A stretch of DNA of 64,000 bases, from assembly GCA_964630205.1 (NCBI GenBank), contig CAZVTM010000005.1, positions 15,745 to 79,744 of the forward strand, in the 5' to 3' direction. Position numbers and translations under genes: made by a program. Within the stretch, counting starts at the first letter, position 1. Each line of letters begins with the position of its first letter. Under the pieces are notes generated by a model. The model ran no database searches. It saw only the letters and a program-made list of their open reading frames with translations, and was not told the origin of the DNA. Positions 61,975 through 64,000 of the stretch are shown in pieces. This stretch comes from an uncultured Helicobacter sp. Its GTDB lineage: Bacteria > Campylobacterota > Campylobacteria > Campylobacterales > UBA6016.

Positions 61975-62379
61975 CATGGTTTTAGAATTTTATGAAAAAC
62001 CAGGATGCGGCGGTAATGCAAGGCAAAAAGATAAACTAATAAAAGCCGGCTGCACGCTTGTCGTCAAAAATCTACTCGAAACAAAAGGGCACCGTCGCAG
62101 CTTCGTGAATTTTTTGGCTCAAAACCTGTTTTAGAGTGGTTTAATATGACCGCCCCATCCATAAAAGATGGGCTAATAAACCCGTCTTTACTCAATGCCG
62201 ACGAAGCGCTATCAGCTATGATGCGAGAGCCTATTCTTATCAAAAGACCGCTAATCCAAAAGGGTGATATCAAAATCAGCGGTTTTAATCCTGACGAAAT
62301 AAAAGAACGGCTAAATATAGACATCGGTGAAGCTCCGCCGATATGCAATCCGTCAGATCCGTGTAAACAAAATCAATAA
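61975..62379 (+). pseudogene. Nitrogenase-associated ArsC/Spx-family protein with two compensating frameshifts
   Basis: Corrected reading MVLEFYEKPGCGGNARQK...NLLETKWAPSQLREFFG..PVLEWFNMTAP...PILIKRPL; extra T at 61979-61983, missing base at 62086/62087. Confidence 0.8.
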
Positions 62380-62390
62380 AGGAAAACAAA

Positions 62391-62861
62391 ATGACACTTA
62401 CGGCGACTGCTATTTTTGTGGATAACATAGAAGTATCGAAAGAGTTTTACGTAGATGCTCTCAAGTAGAAAATAGTAATGGAATCCGAAGGAGCTTATGT
62501 GGCTTTTGAGAGCGGTCTTGCTATATGGAAAACACAAATGGCAACCGAAACCATATTTGGCGCGGCTCAAAAATTCAACGGCCAAAGTTTTGAGATTTGC
62601 TTTGAGACCGAAACGATAGAAGATGATTTTAAAAAACTAACCGAATTCGGCGCCGGAGTAATATCAAAGATAGAGCCGAAGCCTTGGGGTCAAATGGCTT
62701 TTAGGGTATTTGACCCAGACGGACACATTATCGAAGTGGCAGAGCCTCTGTCGCATACGGTGGAAAGATTGCTTGACAGCGGATACGACCTTGAACAGGT
62801 CTCACAGATGACGCATATACCGCTTGAAATGGTAAAGCAGTTTAGCGCCGACATCAACTAA
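62391..62861 (+). pseudogene. VOC/glyoxalase-family protein interrupted by an in-frame TAG
   Basis: AAGGA SD; MTLTATAIFVDNIEVSKEFYVDALK-stop(62466)-KIVMESEG continues in frame to EICFETE, KPWGQMAFRVFDPDGHIIEVAE. Confidence 0.85.
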
Positions 62862-63157
62862 GAACGCAAATACCCTTCAAATTCCGGTATGTATCTCGAA
62901 GGTGAAAACTCTATAACTTCATAAGACGCCACATCCGCTACACACAGCGGATCTTGGTGCACAAACGCCTGCGCCTCGTCCAAACTCCAAAAGCGTCCGA
63001 TAATCACCCCGCCTACTTTTGGATTTTGTGCGCCAGAAAGCATTAACGTGCCGTTTTTAAGGGCATAATCCAAAAAGTTTCTGTGTGCCTCGAGATATTT
63101 TTCAACCTCCTCTTTCGGCTTTGTAAAGGTGACGATAATCACAAAAAGATTTTGCAT
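62858..63157 (-). CDS. YciI family protein
   Basis: LEAHRNFL, SGAQNPKVGGVII, DPL motifs. Confidence 0.8.
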   Translation of the reverse strand: MQNLFVIIVTFTKPKEEVEKYLEAHRNFLDYALKNGTLMLSGAQNPKVGGVIIGRFWSLDEAQAFVHQDPLCVADVASYEVIEFSPSRYIPEFEGYLRS

Positions 63158-63244
63158 ATATACTCCGCTTTTTTAGGACAAATAATACTTGGCTATTTCT
63201 TATGTCTGCCTATTTTTTACTCAGCGGTTTTTAAAGTTTTGAAA

Positions 63245-63270
63245 TATAATATATGAACAACTGTTCATAT
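63245..63270 (+). promoter_or_regulatory. -10 box and ArsR/SmtB operator
   Basis: TATAAT (63245-63250) abutting the perfect inverted repeat ATATGAACA-AC-TGTTCATAT (63251-63270). Confidence 0.85.
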
Positions 63271-63299
63271 GTGCATATATTTATACAAGGAGTTATGTT

Positions 63300-63653
63300 T
63301 TGAGCGAATACAACTGCGATTGCAACATTGTCCACGAGGGCATAATAAGCAAAGTAAAAGCCAAGATGCCCCCCGAAGAGAGGCTGTACGACCTTGCCGA
63401 ACTATTCAAGGTGTTTGGCGATACCACAAGGGTCAAAATACTATCCGCCCTTTTTGAATCAGAGATGTGCGTATGCGACATCGCAAGTCTGCTAAACATG
63501 AACCAATCCGCCATCTCTCACCAACTAAGGGTGCTAAAGACGGCCAGACTCGTCAAACATAGAAAAGACGGCAAAACCGTGTTTTACTCTCTCGATGATG
63601 AACACATCAAAAATATATTTGACCAAGGATTGGAGCATATTTCAGAATATTGA
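63300..63653 (+). CDS. cadC: ArsR/SmtB metal-sensing repressor (CadC/ZiaR-like)
   Basis: N-terminal CDC, FKVFGDTTRVKIL, CVCDIA, SAISHQLRVL, alpha5 site DEH-x10-H-xx-E. Confidence 0.85.
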   Translation: MSEYNCDCNIVHEGIISKVKAKMPPEERLYDLAELFKVFGDTTRVKILSALFESEMCVCDIASLLNMNQSAISHQLRVLKTARLVKHRKDGKTVFYSLDDEHIKNIFDQGLEHISEY

Positions 63654-63738
63654 CGCTCCAAATGAACAAGTCCATTTGGGCTACGCTAATAGCACGAGGC
63701 GCTGAAGCTAGCCGCATAAAGCGGCAGAAGGAAAATAG

Positions 63739-64000
63739 ATGAATAACGAAATAAAGTGCTGCTCGCACTGCCATCCGCACGAAGAGCACCATCATGACCA
63801 CGGGGAACTAAGCAAAAAAGATATAGCGATGTTTGCGCTAGGAACGCACTTTTTCATTGCCGCCCTACTAACAGACAAAGGGTCGCCTTATGAACTCTCG
63901 CTTTTTATTACGGCATATCTGCTTGTAGGCTGGAAAATACTCTACTCTGCCCTGCGAAATATGATAAGAGGCCAACTCTTTGACGAGAATTTCCTCATGT
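63739..64000 (+). CDS. cadA: Heavy-metal P1B-type ATPase, 5' part (runs off window; missed by ORF track)
   Basis: Manual translation MNNEIKCCSHCHPHEEHHHDH...AYLLVGWKILYSALRNMIRGQLFDENFLM; AAGGA SD; follows cadC. Confidence 0.85.
   Translation, partial: MNNEIKCCSHCHPHEEHHHDHGELSKKDIAMFALGTHFFIAALLTDKGSPYELSLFITAYLLVGWKILYSALRNMIRGQLFDENFLM

Noticed and set aside
62466-62468. Amber recoding (pyrrolysine or reassigned TAG) suggested by internal TAGs
   Set aside because: TAG is an ordinary stop for several intact genes here (e.g. 29095, 33283, 60145), and no pyl genes are seen.

Overview
Chromosomal window of a Campylobacterota (epsilonproteobacterial) bacterium. The gene order cvpA-fur-lysS-glyA-DUF1882-SPOR-aroE, mqnC-M16-recG, rodA/rluD-flpA-trmB-ftsE-ftsX-envC and DUF2018-ispB-hemA-proS-hemC, plus flgS, cheV, pflA-like genes and futalosine-pathway genes, is typical of the group. 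A CBS-PAS-GGDEF cyclase and a nitrogenase-associated ArsC remnant suggest a free-living lineage (inference). About three quarters is intact housekeeping sequence, with two tRNA genes (Val-GAC; CAT anticodon, probably Ile2). Two accessory stretches stand out. The first is about 43.4-50.6 kb, just after the tRNA-CAT gene: an AbiEii-type nucleotidyltransferase with an unusual HTH partner, a broken ankyrin gene, yaeQ, a binding protein-kinase-regulator module and a frameshifted PsbP-like gene. The second is about 61.5-64 kb: a sigma54-preceded orphan, broken ArsC and VOC genes, and a cadC-cadA metal resistance unit. The most striking observation is a 60-aa lipoprotein (18999-19181) whose mature part is almost entirely six tandem E-A-N-x-T/S extended bacterial N-glycosylation sequons, preceded by a long structured intergenic region. 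Other notable items: a candidate pseudoknot between rpmI and rplT, an apparent fusion of an exported protein to IspB, a family-4-like UDG with no Fe-S cysteines, and several frameshift or nonsense lesions. No CRISPR array, rRNA, integrase or transposase was seen. All family calls come from motif recognition and recalled synteny; no database was searched.
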